Source: Phoronis australis (Eukaryota > Animalia > Phoronida). From it: a stretch of 64,000 nt of DNA. The stretch covers positions 709,950 through 773,949 of the forward strand of contig NMRA01000172.1 of the NCBI GenBank assembly GCA_002633005.1, in the 5' to 3' direction. The notes beneath the pieces are model-generated. The model did no database searches. It was given only the letters and a program-made list of their open reading frames with translations, and was not told where the DNA came from. Shown here piece by piece: positions 35,800-49,300 of the stretch. Position numbers and translations under genes: made by a program. Within the stretch, counting starts at the first letter, position 1, and each line of letters begins with the position of its first letter.

Positions 35800-36449
35800 C
35801 TGAAGACAAAATGGCAGAATCATAACAACATGCACAACAGTATTAATTCAAAATGTGATCCTTTCACAATTCAAAATGTGATCCTTTCACAATTTCCCCT
35901 TCTTAAGTAATACAGTGTAGCAGACCTCAAAGTTTATGAGATTTGTGGTAACTTTCAGATGCGTTTGAACAACTGTGCAGTTAATAACAGTCCATACCAA
36001 CTGAAATGGGCTTCTTTATTGACTTCAAGATCTCTCCATAGTTATTCCAAAATTCTCCGTAATACAAACTCAGAGATAATTAATGCTAAACCATTGCAAC
36101 ACCTGGTGGTGCTACTCAACAATGCAGAATACCTGCACTGAGCAAGTTGATTGCGAACAATATGATTACTGAGCACTCATATAATTGAGAAACACAAGAA
36201 ATACAGGTGAAGGTTTCAAACCATCCCATCAATGATAATGTAATACATTGAAATATCTGTCACTTTCATCCACTTTTAAGTGTGTTTCTTTGTTGATGCC
36301 ACAAAATACTGCGAGATTATACAACAAGTAACAGACCGTCAGTCTAAATTAACAAGACAAGATAATGTTCTTTCTGATTGCAATTACATAGATTTACCAG
36401 ACAAAGTTATTTGATTTTCACTGTAACTGCCAAATCAAACAATTCTCAC

Positions 36450-36589
36450 TCTTTGTAAGTCTTGCACTTCTCTAGAAGCTGTTCAGTTTGATGAATCTCT
36501 TGTTGGTCTTTAATGGACTGTTCAAGAAAAATGTTCTTCTTTTTCAAGCTGTTGATCTTTCTTTGTAACCTTTCATTTTCAAGAGTCAG
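36450..36589 (-). CDS. Internal exon of the CEP290-like gene
   Basis: TTGCAG acceptor and GTGAGA donor; LTLENERLQRKINSLKKKNIFLEQSIKDQQEIHQTEQLLEKCKTYK, coiled-coil character. Confidence 0.7.
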
Positions 36590-36799
36590 CTGCAAATGGA
36601 ATCAAAAATCCTTTAAGCAAAACAGCAATAACTAAACAGAAAAACTGTCAACTGCAAACTGAATTAAGTTTGCATTGGAAAATCTACAAGCAACTGGGGA
36701 GTTTTAAATTACAAATACTAAGTCGCCAAATTTACTGTTCAGAGAGATTAAGCCAACCGAGTCTAAAATGGAGATCAAAGGAAGTATAATGTTGTAAAA

Positions 36800-37186
36800 G
36801 CAGCTTGTGATTGACTGTAGAGTGCAAGAGAGCACTCAGCTGCAGCTTGTGATTGGCTGTAGAGTGTAAGAGAGCACTCAGCTGCAGCTTGTGATTGGCT
36901 GTAGAGTGTAATAGAGCACTTAGCTGCAGCTTGTGATTGGCTGAAGAGTGTATAAGAGAGCACTCAATTGCAGCCTGTGATTGGCTGTAGAGTGTAAGAG
37001 AGCAATCAGCTGCAGCTTGTGATTGGCTGTAGAGTGTAAGAGAGCACTCAGCTGCAGCTTGTGATTGGCTTTAGAGTGTAAGAGAGCACTCAGCTGCAGC
37101 TTGTGATTGGCTGTAGAGTGTGAGAGAACACTCAGCTGCAGCTTGTGATTGGCTGTAGAGTGTAAGAGAGCACTCAGCTACAGCTA
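36800..37186. repeat. 42-bp minisatellite (~9 copies)
   Basis: Unit GCAGCTTGTGATTGGCTGTAGAGTGTAAGAGAGCACTCAGCT. Confidence 0.95.
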
Positions 37187-40100
37187 GTACTGTAAGCCTT
37201 CAAGATGAGGTCCATGCTTGATCTAGCCTTGGTAAAAGTGCAAATTAATGTATACCTTTGGAATGACTTGGAACGACAAAATCTAGACAAAAATAATGTC
37301 ATGTTATTAAAAAGTATAAATTTATTTAATAGTTCTTCCTTGAGTTGAGTAAACTAAAATGGCTGTACTGGTGTACTACAACTTGTGCAGCAATCGATTT
37401 TGCAGGAACACCATGAAATAGAACACCACCTATTGGCAAATTTCTTTTTTGGTCGATTCTTTGACAACTGTTCTGTTATTGCAAGTTAACATAAATTGTT
37501 TCACTTATACTTTTAGTATTATATTGCTATAACACTGATTTCTATCAAAATTTTGCACAACTAAGTTAATTGTCACATTTTCCCAAAAGATTTTGTAAGA
37601 AACTGAGCAAAGGGTGCGCGAGTGATGAGCATTCTGTTACGAAAGCAGGAAAGTCATGCAAGATATAAGATTGTTGTTCACCTTGGCGGCTATATGCAAT
37701 AGACATGTTGTGTGTCAGTTGACTCCGTGATTTCTCATGTGTATCGGAGTCCTTTCTTGTCGAGAGCTCTACAGGTGTTGACATGACATGATTAGGTTTC
37801 AGGTGAACGCACAGTTGAATAGATGGGTCCCTTTTCAAAATGGTTACTGGGAACCGGTTTCACTGATCAGAATATCACTAACGGACAATGGCTGTTATTC
37901 AGTGAAAACTGGTTCCCAAAGACAGATTTGTCTATTCAGCTTTTACCAATATTTCATGGCTGAACCATGTGCTTGGCTATGAAGAATGAAAACACAATGA
38001 GTGTGGCCAAACGTCATCATGGCTATTAATTGCACCATAGAGAGTGCAAAACCAATTGCCCCATGCCCATGAACCCAGCTGGGTAGTTCTTTTAGCGATG
38101 CCTGATGAACAGCATCTCGCCGTAAACGGGTTCTACCCGGCAAGTCAGAGTGGTCTTTAGCCTTGCCTTTGGTTATACATGTACGTGCGTAGCTTGCTAG
38201 ATACTAGGACTACTAGGTAAATGTGTGATTGACAATGAGTGAAGAGAGCGTTCGATCATGCTGATTGAAGAACCAACAGCGGGCCCATTGTGAATTAAGG
38301 CCCTCGATCGATCACCTGATGGGAAAGGTGTACGTGAGCAAAAAACTATAACAACCCCCCCCCCCCCACCCCATCACTATCGTTATCAACACTTCCTCAG
38401 TCAAGTATCCAAAACTAACATTTTGTGCTCATTTCAATTTGTCACCATTAAGCTACAATTGATTTCAACCTTAAGGGCATTTTTCAATCTCTTGAGCTTG
38501 AAGGGAATTAAATTTGTGCCTCATGCGGGGAACTTCGCTCCCGCGATTTTTCATTATTAATGAAATAGAGCCGATGTTGAGCTCCTGGCCCCCTAGGCAA
38601 CACATAGCCCCTCGGTTGGCCGGTTAGAGGCTATAATACTTCCCATCCCTTTCTGTACATGTACTAATTTCGTCACGTGTATTTTAAAGGGGCAGACGGC
38701 GAAATCCGCTCACCGATTAAACGTTTTCAATTAAGTCGTCAAAAATACATTCTACACTTAAAACTATCACTTAAAAAGGCGCTAATACTTTCTTTGAAAG
38801 TGATCCTTTGTGCTTCGATCTATAGTAGACATTATAACTTCGATAAAGCATAGCTATCATATTAAAATTAAGGTGACTTTGGAAAAGAATTCCAATTCCC
38901 CCACTTTTTCGCCACTGTTAACGTTTTCACCGTGCGCACGATAACAACCAAAATATTTCAACTGAGCCAAGTGGGTTAGGCAAAGGCTCGCGCGAGACTG
39001 AGCGAAGCGCGTGACGAATTTTAGGGGTGCCATGGCCCCTTTAAATTCGCCACTTCGCTTTATCACTTTAATTCTTCTTTAAATTCGTACGATAATGTAT
39101 ACTTACAGTATGAGGGAACTAAGCCATGAAAAGGACCATGAAAAGCTCAAAATGCCATTAAACAATAATACGTTTAATTTCAGTGATTCTGGTATATCTC
39201 ATATATCATGGGAAATGGCATTCCAGATGGAGGAGAGGCGCCACAATCTATACACGCTAGTTCTCGACACCCGACCGCGTGGGTCGTTCTCGGAGCGATG
39301 GATGAAATTCTTACTTTCGCATTCCCAATTGTCCAGTTTGTTCATCTGCTTCTGGGGTGGTCACCGGTCGTTATTTGCGCATCCTCCAATGACGGAGGAA
39401 TATAATTACATTTATGATCGACATATGTCCCGAACGTGCGCTCATTGCGATGAGATGAAAAGGAGACCGAGGAGGGGAAATAAGGTCATTTATTGTGACG
39501 AATGCAATTACAAATAACTTCGATAGGGAACACAGAATAAATAAAATAAAAAGTAATGATCTGGTAAGAAGGCCAATCAAAAGCGCCACAAGACATGTTG
39601 TAAGATAGCTCATGTCCATATAGAACTGTTTACATCAGATTGACCTTTTTCTTCGAGCCCATTCTCTAAATTGCGGTGGGTTTCCAATTTCTACCCTGCC
39701 GAGTTCCCCGTCAAGAATACTATTATAGGCAAGTATCGCTATAGGCACGATATCCCGAACCGTCTTTGTTATTCTTTACTCTCGCGTCCATTTCTTTAGA
39801 AAAAATAAGTGACTGAGAATTCTGTGTTGTCGCTGAAATGTTTCTGGCTGATATTAAACGACAACGATGACCCACTATTTTTGAAAACCAAATTGAACGG
39901 TAACACACTGCTCTCGTGATGCGGACGGAACCGCGTATTCTGAATACTGCATTTGCAGTGTACATGATGTTTTTAAAACACTGATGTCACGGCCATTAAT
40001 TTAAGTGTCTGCGTGACGAAAAACTTTTTGCACTAGGTCGCGACAGACTGGGCAACACGTAGTCTATAACTTTTAGTGCAGGTCATTACCGACGTTTGAA

Positions 40101-41580
40101 GTACGCAAATCGTTTTTGTGTGACAAAACTTTATGCCCAGGAAAAAATTCCTCGCCCGGTACATGGAATACATTTCGGTGCTTTTACGTAGTTGAGGGCA
40201 TAGGCCTAGTGTTTGCAAGTCGGGTAGTGCACGGAACTGAGCTGTAATTCAATATTGCCATGGAGTCTTTTCCTAAGATGTCGACTGTGCGTTTAAAACT
40301 GGACTCAAGAAAACGCATTTTCACTAATGCATGGGATGTTACTCTTCAGGAAAAATACGTGTTCTCGCGGAGAAAACTTAACCTCGGGAGAACACTCACG
40401 GCGGGTTTAATTACCCCCACATGACCCACCTGTGACTCTAACTGGTTGACGCCAGCACAACTCAATCCCGTTCGACTATTCCCGAATGATTCAAGCATTA
40501 GGAACAATAAATTCTTGACTGAAAAGGTGCCAAACGCATTTCTATGCGGACATTTTTTATTCTGGAGAAAGCATAATGCATATTTCTCCACCGATTAAAA
40601 AACTCATTCGATGACCGACAATGAAAACTAAAAACTAAACGTGCGTCATTCAAGCCAGAACCCAGAAATAAAAAGGACACCGTTGGATGGCAAAATAAAA
40701 GTAATTTACTATGACAAAGTAGTCGTACAACGTACACCGCGATTCTCCCGAAACATGATCCAAACTTTTTGGTAATATTTGTGACATGCACAAGGTTCCA
40801 TTGGGAACAAACCTAATTGTAGCACGCGCTGCGAAAATTTTGTTAAACGCCGCTTATCACCGTTTTTCGGCAGTGTGTCAGTTTTGCTTAAATGCTGATG
40901 CGGCGCGTGACACGTGCAACATGGGAAGATATTAGGTGAAAGTTGTGTCCCTTGGACTATTTGTTCATCAACAGGCGTGATTTCATGTAAGTTCCTCAAA
41001 ATGGCACGTACCGGTGGCAGTGAGAGAAACGCGAGCGAACCGCGACTCACAGAATTTCATGGGTGTTCAAGTTATGTTGACTAAATTGTATCCAGACTCA
41101 AGGTACGCGTTAATTATAACTCTATGAGCATATATGCATGTTTCATTCGATTGATTTTATTTGCTATTTATGGCGATGTACTGTCGCCCCTTTATGGGTT
41201 GTCTTACGTACCTGTCCGCAAGAATGAATACTGGGCATCGAGGAGCACATTTTACGAAGACAATCAAAACCGAAATACTTGCAACCGTTTCTCTCTATTT
41301 GTGTTCACTGGCAACTTAACGTCAAGGTCACAATGCCTACTAGCGACACCTGCAAACGTGTTTGCAACGGGCCTTTGCTGTGTCGGTTAGCTGTCTTGTA
41401 ATGCCCGGTAGCGGCGATAGCCTGCCTTGATTTTCTGTTCTGTCTACGCAAAGTTAGGTAATGTTCATATGTATTCGATACTCTAATACATTATTTGAAA
41501 ATGTCGTTCAAAATATTTCTCTGATACCCAGAATGGCTTTCCATCTAGACATGCAAGTGCACTCTAACTAACCGTTTTCA

Positions 41581-41646
41581 GACCACAGTCGTCCTCAGCT
41601 TCTGATAGTCCCCAATAGGATCAGAAGCCGAGGACGTCTCTGGTCC
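41581..41646. repeat. 66-bp hairpin (mini-MITE)
   Basis: GACCACAGTCGTCCTCAGCTTCTGAT / ATCAGAAGCCGAGGACGTCTCTGGTC arms. Confidence 0.75.
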
Positions 41647-42329
41647 ACAATTCCTTCCCCCCCCCCCCCCCCCCCCNCCCCCTTCCTACAAACCACGCAC
41701 ACCTGTCTGCAAGTCCAAGCAATCAAGACTCTAGCATCCTGGATTTTAGGCTACCTGGACTTTGCCGTCACAGCAACACTCCCCTGTCCCTATGTCCTGG
41801 AATTTCCCCTCCGATCACTGCTCTCCTGTGTCCTGGGTCCACACCTGAATTGCACTTTGTCCGAGGTCCACTTCAGGCCCTTGAGTTGGCAGTGCTTCCT
41901 CGGTATACCATACAATCCTTTTGCCAACTATACACCAATTGTATTAGCCTACCCGGTAATCGTACCATTACCCCAATAAAACCGACAAGCATGTACCATT
42001 GCCCGTTAGCGAGGGGCTCATATGATTCACCGGAAGCACGAACATCTACAACCCACAAAGACATTACCGCTGCTGTAGATAATAAGTACAATTACACTTA
42101 AAGGAGAGCTGGTTGTTCGGTCACGAGATATGTGGTTTAGTTGCCTATCAGTTGGATTTTTATCTTAGATACCTTACAATGGCCCACCCTCAGCCACAGA
42201 CCCGAAAAATTTGTAGGCTAATAATGTTTTACAATTGGTATGATAAAAATTTGGTGATCATCTGAACTCTAATGTTGCTCTTTAATTGTCACAGATTCTG
42301 CTCTCTCTGGCATCCATACCTGAAGGTCA

Positions 42330-42706
42330 TTCAATTATAATATTCCAATAAATATGACAGGTTACAGGAAAAACACATTCTTTCCTAGAACAGCCGCAGA
42401 CTGGAAATTAGCTTGCCGGGCTACATAATACATCAGTCCCATCTCTTGACGTTTTAGTCAGGAAACTATCTGCCTTGCTGAATAAATAACATATTGTCGG
42501 GTGCCTCCATCAGGGGCACCCTCTTATTGTCTGCCCTATCTGTACACGACCTAGCTGTGTTAACCGAGCTCTGAAGTGATGTCTACCATGTAAATATTAT
42601 TAAACTTGTTGTAGTTGTTTTGTCTTTCTTGTTCTTCATTTTTATACAGTAACATAATACTCTGGAGAGAATGGTCACTTGAACCAAGAAGAAGAAGAAG
42701 AAGAAG
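42330..42706 (+). mobile_element. 3' end of CR1/L2-group LINE
   Basis: YNIP..GYRKNTFFPRTAADW RT C-terminal motif, followed by a 3'UTR ending in (GAA)n. Confidence 0.7.
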
Positions 42707-44683
42707 GTAAATGAGGTGTGGAAGTTTAAGATGCGGAAAACCAAAGCCTTGTGAAAATAATGTTCAGGTCAGATTAGTAGGTAAAAATGAACCAATGCTT
42801 AACAGGGTTAGAACTTGGAGGTCCTTAGGCCTTGGCCAACATCAGTGTACATTGAAGTTTGAACTTAGTATTGAGTAATCAGATCAAATGCTATAATTTG
42901 CATGTTGAGTATATTTTGGTAAAAGATTTACTTTGACTGCATACAAAATTTCACATGTGTGTTTTTGCAAATTAAGTTTAACGGCGTCAGATGAATGCAA
43001 AATTGTTGATGCCTCAGGAGAACACTTTGTATCTTTGACCAGCTCTGCATGTGATCTAAACTGTCAGTGTTTTGATTATAATGTTGTGCTGACTTATCAA
43101 TCTTGTTGAAGGGATCCTTGATTACTTCTGTCTCCCACAATGCTTAAGTTTTGAGTATTTATTTCTTCTTGCAGATCTGATGCAAAAAATTCACCTTCCC
43201 TGCAGAAGTTACTGAACATTTTCTGCAGCAGTTACTGAACATTGTCATCATGATGCACTGTTCATATTGTTAAAGGCCAAGAGAGGGCAGCAGCAGCATT
43301 ATCCTCGAGTCAACAAGTGGTTGGATTGTCAGTCATTTCAGCTCTTTAAACTCTGAGTATCATAACTGCTATGACTCCTCCACTCAACAAGAAAACTGCT
43401 TCTCAGTGAACCCAGAACTGTTTGCTATCCATGAACCATATAGAATGGATTCTCAACACCAAGCAATCTATGACAGGCTTTGCAATGGTGTTGCGTTACC
43501 AAGGAAGAAAAGAAGGGTATATTTTTACTGCACACTAAAGACTGTTGGACTCTTCACCCTTTCTTCACTCTGTCAAAAACTGCATGCAAATAAAGAAAAG
43601 TTTTGAGTCATTTCACATCACAAGCCCTACAGATGAGCACAGAAACTTTGTACTCTCTTGTATTTTTGACCCTTTCACTCACAGTGGAAACAAAGCTGAA
43701 CTAAGAAAAATAAGGGCAAAAAAATGCAAAATCGGCACTTTTCACCCTAAATTCACCACTTCCCTGCCGATGCACAACTAAAACCAACAATAGATTCTGA
43801 AAGCAAATTTCCTACAAAATCCGAAAATGTGGTCCAAAAGTACTGTCATCCAACAAGTTTTTTTGCAAATCTGGCTTGTTCGAGGGCTACCTGAAATCGC
43901 GGCCAATTTCTCAGTCGCTACCCAGCAATGCACAATTGCAACCGGGGGCCGCCATTTTGAAGAAGAGTGCAGGTTACAAGTTTTGTCTAGTAAATGAAGT
44001 AGTTCTAAATGTAGCGGTTTATTACTTGAAAAGAGATAACAAAGATGAAAACAACGGTAACTGTGCATTGAACTTGTAACATTTCCTGAAAATACATTAC
44101 AGCGTTCTGTCGTTCAGTAACTTTTCCAGATGTGAGGGGTGCTGAACGTTCGATAACATCTGGCTCTTTTGTTAACTGCCCAGCTCAGTCTTTTGTCCCG
44201 TATGATAACACGTAGGCCAATTATCTCCCAGGCTTCAAAGAAAACGTATGGTGGTTGCACGCTATTACCGAACGCGTATGAACACAGTCAAACCCAGTGT
44301 GTTGGTAACCTGTTTGGACAGAATAGATTGTCTTAACTTCTGTTGTAGTTGGGCGATTTTGGTGATTCAAAAATGGAACATGTTCAGCATTTAACGAGAA
44401 ATTCAGAAATGCTATTGGTTTAAGCTCAAATATGTTATAACTTAACTTTCATTTTTATCAGCTCAGCCCAGTCGGGCTAGATACTATCTGATCGGAGATT
44501 AGAGCAATTATCGAACAAAAGAGCGCAGGCCCTCCAACCATAAATGCCAGAATGGAGTTAATCAGTCGTGTAAGATATTGGCTACGGGGGTAAACTTCCC
44601 AACTTGTCATGAGTTAAATAACAACATTTGTTATTGTAATTACCGAGAAATGGGAGCCTGAGTTGTATATCATACACTGTTTA

Positions 44684-45253
44684 GCAATTGAAAATTGAGA
44701 CACAAGTGTCATGTAATCAACAGTTTTGTACCAGATATTACGTTTGGGACCTGGTTGCATGTTGAATGCAACTGTATTACTTTAAACTATATTCGAAAGG
44801 TTTGAAGAGAGAACCGGCTAACGACGTCGAGTCCATATTGATCTACCTCTTGAACTTTCCATGTCAGACTGCTCTTTTGAAGTAGTGCGGGATGTGAATA
44901 CGAAAAACAATATTACATGCCCGTATTGCACTCGACTGATTCAAAGCGTAAGGGATAAATGGTATAATAGTGTCAATTTGGCCGTGTATCAACAGCCGGA
45001 CATTTAAATGGTGTCGCCGATGGCGGGAAGAATTAAAAAGTGGGACAGTCCGTCAAGAACGGGGCACTTGGCAAATACGCAGTACGATATGTCAGCAACA
45101 CGAAGTACTCGATCGGGTTACTTCACGGGCATAGTTATTACTAATACAACAGATAACGATAGGACTGCTTCTCAGTTGCAAGAAAATGTCATCTGGGCAA
45201 CAGGTAAACATTGTACAAATGAATTATGAAAGAAACAATTGAGACCAGTATTA

Positions 45254-45331
<78 letters not shown>

Positions 45332-45670
45332 CTTGATTTGAATAACAGATCAACTCTCGATCAAAACTCAGGCAGCTGGAAATTCTCAGTGCAATCTCTC
45401 GCGGCTTGTCTCGGGGCCTCAAGCTCTTATTGGTCACGGAGTGTAGGAGTTGGCATTATAGGGCCATAGTTCTATGGATCTATTCAGCGGATCATTTGCT
45501 ATCACACTTCGATTATCGTAGTATACGAAGTTGTGTACGACTGATCGGAGAGCGTACGCAGAGCTTCAGGCAAAAAGTCACTTACAAGGGTCACGGATCT
45601 AATATATCCTTTAGTTTAATGCCTGTTGTTCAGTGGAGAAAACTGGTCTTCAGCACATACAGGATATGAC
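44684..45670 (+). pseudogene. Decayed 5' part of a further GPCR paralogue, interrupted by repeat B and (CA)n
   Basis: 44684-44960 is a diverged direct repeat of 46823-47113, including an acceptor-like TTTTGT.CCAG and a downstream ATG; LLLVTEC (~45424) and ISFSLM (~45604) resemble LMVNKC and FSFSLL. Confidence 0.35.
45256..45329. repeat. (CA)n microsatellite within repeat family B copy (44965-45330)
   Basis: Direct inspection. Confidence 0.97.
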
Positions 45671-46057
45671 CGATAAATGCCGGAGATTTGAGTTACTCTG
45701 TGAGGCTAAACTTTTTGATATTTTCACAAGTCACATAGCTGGGGATACATATATTTAATATGAATTCTTTTAAAAAGAAAAAGGTTGTTTACTAACATTT
45801 TTCCAACTTAGCTGTCACCACAGCTTTGCGTTGACACATGATCCTACATCTACAGTCCATTTCACATGGAAAGACTAGTTAGCATTGATGCGTGGTCTAA
45901 TGTTACTTAGACAGCGCAGAAGAGTCTTTACAGAGACCAGCAAGAGATAGTACATCTCAAATCTACACAATAGATGTTTGCTTATTTTTTTATCTACCAG
46001 AGAAGCTTTTATCTGCAAATTTCGAATAGGTAGTTGGAGTAATTAGTTCATCACATA

Positions 46058-46567
46058 TTTATGCGCCCACATATTTATATTTGGACGCATTATGCCGTCA
46101 TCACCAACCGTCCGTCCGTCCGCTGCTCTATCTCCAAAACCCTTTGACGTACGTTCATGAAATTTTGCACTTATGTTCCTTTTTATAGATGGGACGGCAT
46201 TAGCGAAATTTTGGACGGCTCCGACTACCGGTGTGCTCCCTAGTGGCCATTTTAGTTTTTTACGCTTACCTCTATATCTTCAAAGGTCCTGGACGTATTT
46301 TCATAAATTTGGCATATAGGCGTCTATTAGTGAGATGACCCTATCCTCCCGTTTTCGGATGGATTCAACGTAGCTTACCCAACGTAGTAGCCATTTTTGC
46401 TGTTTTCGAGTCTATTTTGGCGTCCACCCCTCTGACAACCAAACGGCTCTAAGGATGATTGTTAAAATTGGCACGTATGTTCTTACAGCGAAGAGGACGG
46501 TTGACGATGATTTTCTAACGATTTTGCCTACTGTGGCGCCTCTTAGTGGCAGTTTTTTTTGCGCCCA
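46058..46567 (+). mobile_element. HINE/DINE-like (Helentron-associated) non-autonomous element
   Basis: TTATGCGCCC..., (CCGT)n microsatellite, then about three ~150-bp core repeats containing AAAT(T)TGGCA; architecture typical of HINE/pearl-like elements. Confidence 0.65.
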
Positions 46568-46870
46568 TGGTTGTATTAGTGTTAGTATTAGTATTAGTAT
46601 TAGTATTAGTATTTATTTATTATGGTGACAAGTGCAATTAAATACATGTAAAACAGTTATAGGTATTATATTTGCAAGAAAGATAAGTACCCAGAGCCAA
46701 CAACAACGGCACCTTTGCAGTGAATATATAACATCTCCTGGAAATAGTTAAAAAAAACAACAATATTTGACATTTTAATTTCCTAGGAATCGGCGCTTGA
46801 GTTGCAGACGATGTAGTATTCAGCAACTGAAAACTGAGACATAAGTGTCTTATAATTAACAGTTTTGTTC

Positions 46871-49300
46871 CAGATTTTACGTTTAGGGTCTGGTTGCATG
46901 TCGAGTGTTAGTTACACTGTTGCAACTGTGTTACTTTAAACAATATTCGGAAAGTTTGAGGATCGAACCAGCTGAAGACGTCGAGTCGACATTGACCTAC
47001 CTTTTGAACTTTCCATGTCAGAGGTCGCTGTTGAAGTACTGCGGGAGGTGAATACGGAAAACTTTATTTCATGGCCGTATTTCCCTCGACAGATTCAACG
47101 CGCGTGGGATAAAATAAAGTTTTCTTGCGCAATAAACATACATTGTACGTGTAATGCGTTTATTTTAAAAAACGATCAACTCGTTTTCCGACGATTTGTT
47201 TGGCCCTTGGAAGAGCCGTTGTGGCGGGCGCTGTGGTTTGGTCGCAAGTCCGTTTCAAGATAAACGCCGGGACGTTTATTTGGAGTTACTAAAAAGCCTG
47301 AAAATATAATTTTCTGAATACACGCCCATGAGAGTATTTGCGGAAATCACCGGTAGTCTGACGTATGTACGCCAAGTTTCGTCAATGAGTAACAGGGCAA
47401 GATGCATACATGTAAAATACATGCATGACCAACCACTGGGGATCAAAGTGTCACTGGACTAGTTTTCAATCTAGAGGTCATTTGATTTTGTCTCCCACTG
47501 TAGTGTTTATGGAAACAGCTCATATGGTGGAATGTGGCGACGGACAAGGTTTCACTGGAATATAGGACACCACTTATTTTCCAGATTATTTGGCGTGGTC
47601 ACTGGATCGAGTCATGCCAACGGATGCTCAGCTTTTTGAAATTCTCCCGGTCTACTTTTATATTTTGGCCCCGCGACAGATTAGTTATTTTGCAGACTGA
47701 GGTATATGATTATACTCTACAGATCTGTTTACCACAGTGTGCTTTGTAAAATTATTTACCTCACTCAGTATTTTTGATCCCGCGACAATTAGACTATTTT
47801 TGTAGATATTTAGCATAGTGTAAACCTACTTCTTGTCTCGCGACGGACAAGGCCGGCTTATTTGCGTAGATATTGACTGTCTGCGTACGGTGTACATCTG
47901 GTCCCACGGCGAACTGGTCTTGTATATCTTTTCATAACAGTGTACCATATGTTTTGGTTCCGTGAAAATGTTTTCGGGTGATTTGTTTCCGGATTCATTT
48001 GACAACGTTCAATGGGGCTAATCGAAAAATTTACATTATCTAGAGGGCGCGCGTGTTCTAGTGGTGATAGATTAACAGCCTCGATATTTGGAGTAAATTT
48101 GTGAACCCTAAAAGGTAACGAATGGCCCGATTTTGGAATGAATCTCATTGAGCAAGAAGCTTTGCCCCCCAAACACCAGCGCAATAATCAAGTATCGGGG
48201 AAACACACGCATCATCTAATGTGGTGTATGTCTTGAACCCGGCCAACATCACGCATGCACTTGAATTTAGGGACCATAGCATCAACTCCACGGCCACCAG
48301 ATGCTGCTAGTGCGGTAGCGGCTTGTTTAAATTGCAAATGTTCATCAAAAAGGACTCCTAAATATTTACACTGACTTAGAATAGAGAGCAGGCTATTCGT
48401 TGTAAGGCTCCCGCATTTTCAACATAGTATATCGGGAACAAGATGAATTACCGTTAAAACCACGCAATGAACAAACTGAAACTAGGTCAAAGCAATCCGG
48501 TTACGTGAACGACTCCTATGGGGAAATAACGTTACTTTCCATTAGAATGCCAAGTGGTTAGTTATACTTTATTTGTGACGTGCTTTGAATCCATAATGAT
48601 TACCTCTCCTCACGTAAATAAGCACACGTGTACCAATGATTCTTAACCGCTAAGATAACCGTACGTGTAGGTTGTCAGAAGTGCATGGCCGGTCTTACAA
48701 GTTAGGTGGGTTGTTCTTTTTACTTTTTCACTAAGTCAAACTAATGGTTCGGCATTCGGTATGTACTGTCGTTTGTACGCACTCGCTTACAAACTTAAGA
48801 GTGGATTGGGGAACTTGCGTGTAAGTGGCGTAAAGATAGCTGTTCCTATTTTTACAACCAGTTGAGACCATATAAGTTTATACTGAGCCACAACACCTCG
48901 TTTCTTACAATATCTCTTTTTATCGCTCCGGCTGGTCTGCTAACTCAGCTTGTCCTGAACCTGCTTTGCAGGTTGTTATAGCCCAGTTGGCTGTTTGGTG
49001 TACCCACTTGGTAGTTTATATGATATTTTCCCATTTGGCAGTTTGCCAATTAAGGAACCCAACTGGTTCCTTCTGTGAAATAATTATTTGTACAGCTGTG
49101 ACCCTGAAATTCCCAATAAAACTTAAAATATATATTATTCTTGTTGTTTTATTTGTCCCCAATAAGTTTGATATAGACATTTCTAATATAGTCCTATCCA
49201 GGATGCTGCGCATTCTCTTAGCGAAAGTCCTGCTGCACGTGCCTTGTTGTTCTTCCTCTCCAAGCCGTGTAGCCGGTAGAGATCGAGTGTGATCGTGCCG
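46871..49300 (+). pseudogene. Decayed GPCR paralogue interrupted by an RTEX LINE fragment
   Basis: SRCGGRCG (SMB start, ~47214), FVSHC (~47487), VTGSSHANGCSAF*N (~47598; compare VTGIQYRNHFCAQCH), and TM2/TM3-like ISLFIAPAG..LC.VVIAQLAVWC (~48910-49000). Confidence 0.45.
47930..48420 (-). mobile_element. RTEX-like non-LTR retrotransposon RT fragment
   Basis: CKYLGVLFDEHLQFKQAATALAASGGRGV..KFK and VHKFTP motifs. Confidence 0.65.

Larger units (their letters stand above)
39296..44620 (+). pseudogene. Near-full-length decayed paralogue of the SMB/Mth-like GPCR (39296-41460 + ~44100-44620)
   Basis: Motifs in the order, and roughly the spacing, of the intact gene: signal-like ILTFAFPIVQFVHLLLGW; IYD; CC..DSSCP (~39595); DGTAY..N..A..HD (~39930); LKYANRFC (~40097); ESF (~40263); CPLDYLFINRRDF..PQNGT (~40958); TM1 SIYACFIRLILF; TM3 TCK.VFA..LAV..AAIA..D; PGFKENVWW (~44228); TINA (~44537). 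Many stops and frameshifts. Confidence 0.62.

Noticed and set aside
35322-37186. Regular repeat arrays (22 bp, 42 bp; also 4037-4302 and 14578-14800) as possible CRISPR-like arrays
   Set aside because: Head-to-tail tandem units without unique spacers, eukaryotic context and no cas genes.
39095-39517. 140-aa ORF ending SRTCAHC...KVIYCDEC, superficially like a TnpB/Fanzor zinc ribbon
   Set aside because: No RuvC motifs and no DRDxNAA after the ribbon; the cysteines are not kept in the homologous DNA at 17590-17800; the segment fits better as the decayed N-terminus of a GPCR paralogue.
43170-43960. Coding-like decayed stretch (LLLSEPRT...WCC..K..LH..C..LHPFF) and a CACAGTG motif
   Set aside because: Probably a DNA-transposon accessory remnant, but I could not assign a family or find paired termini.
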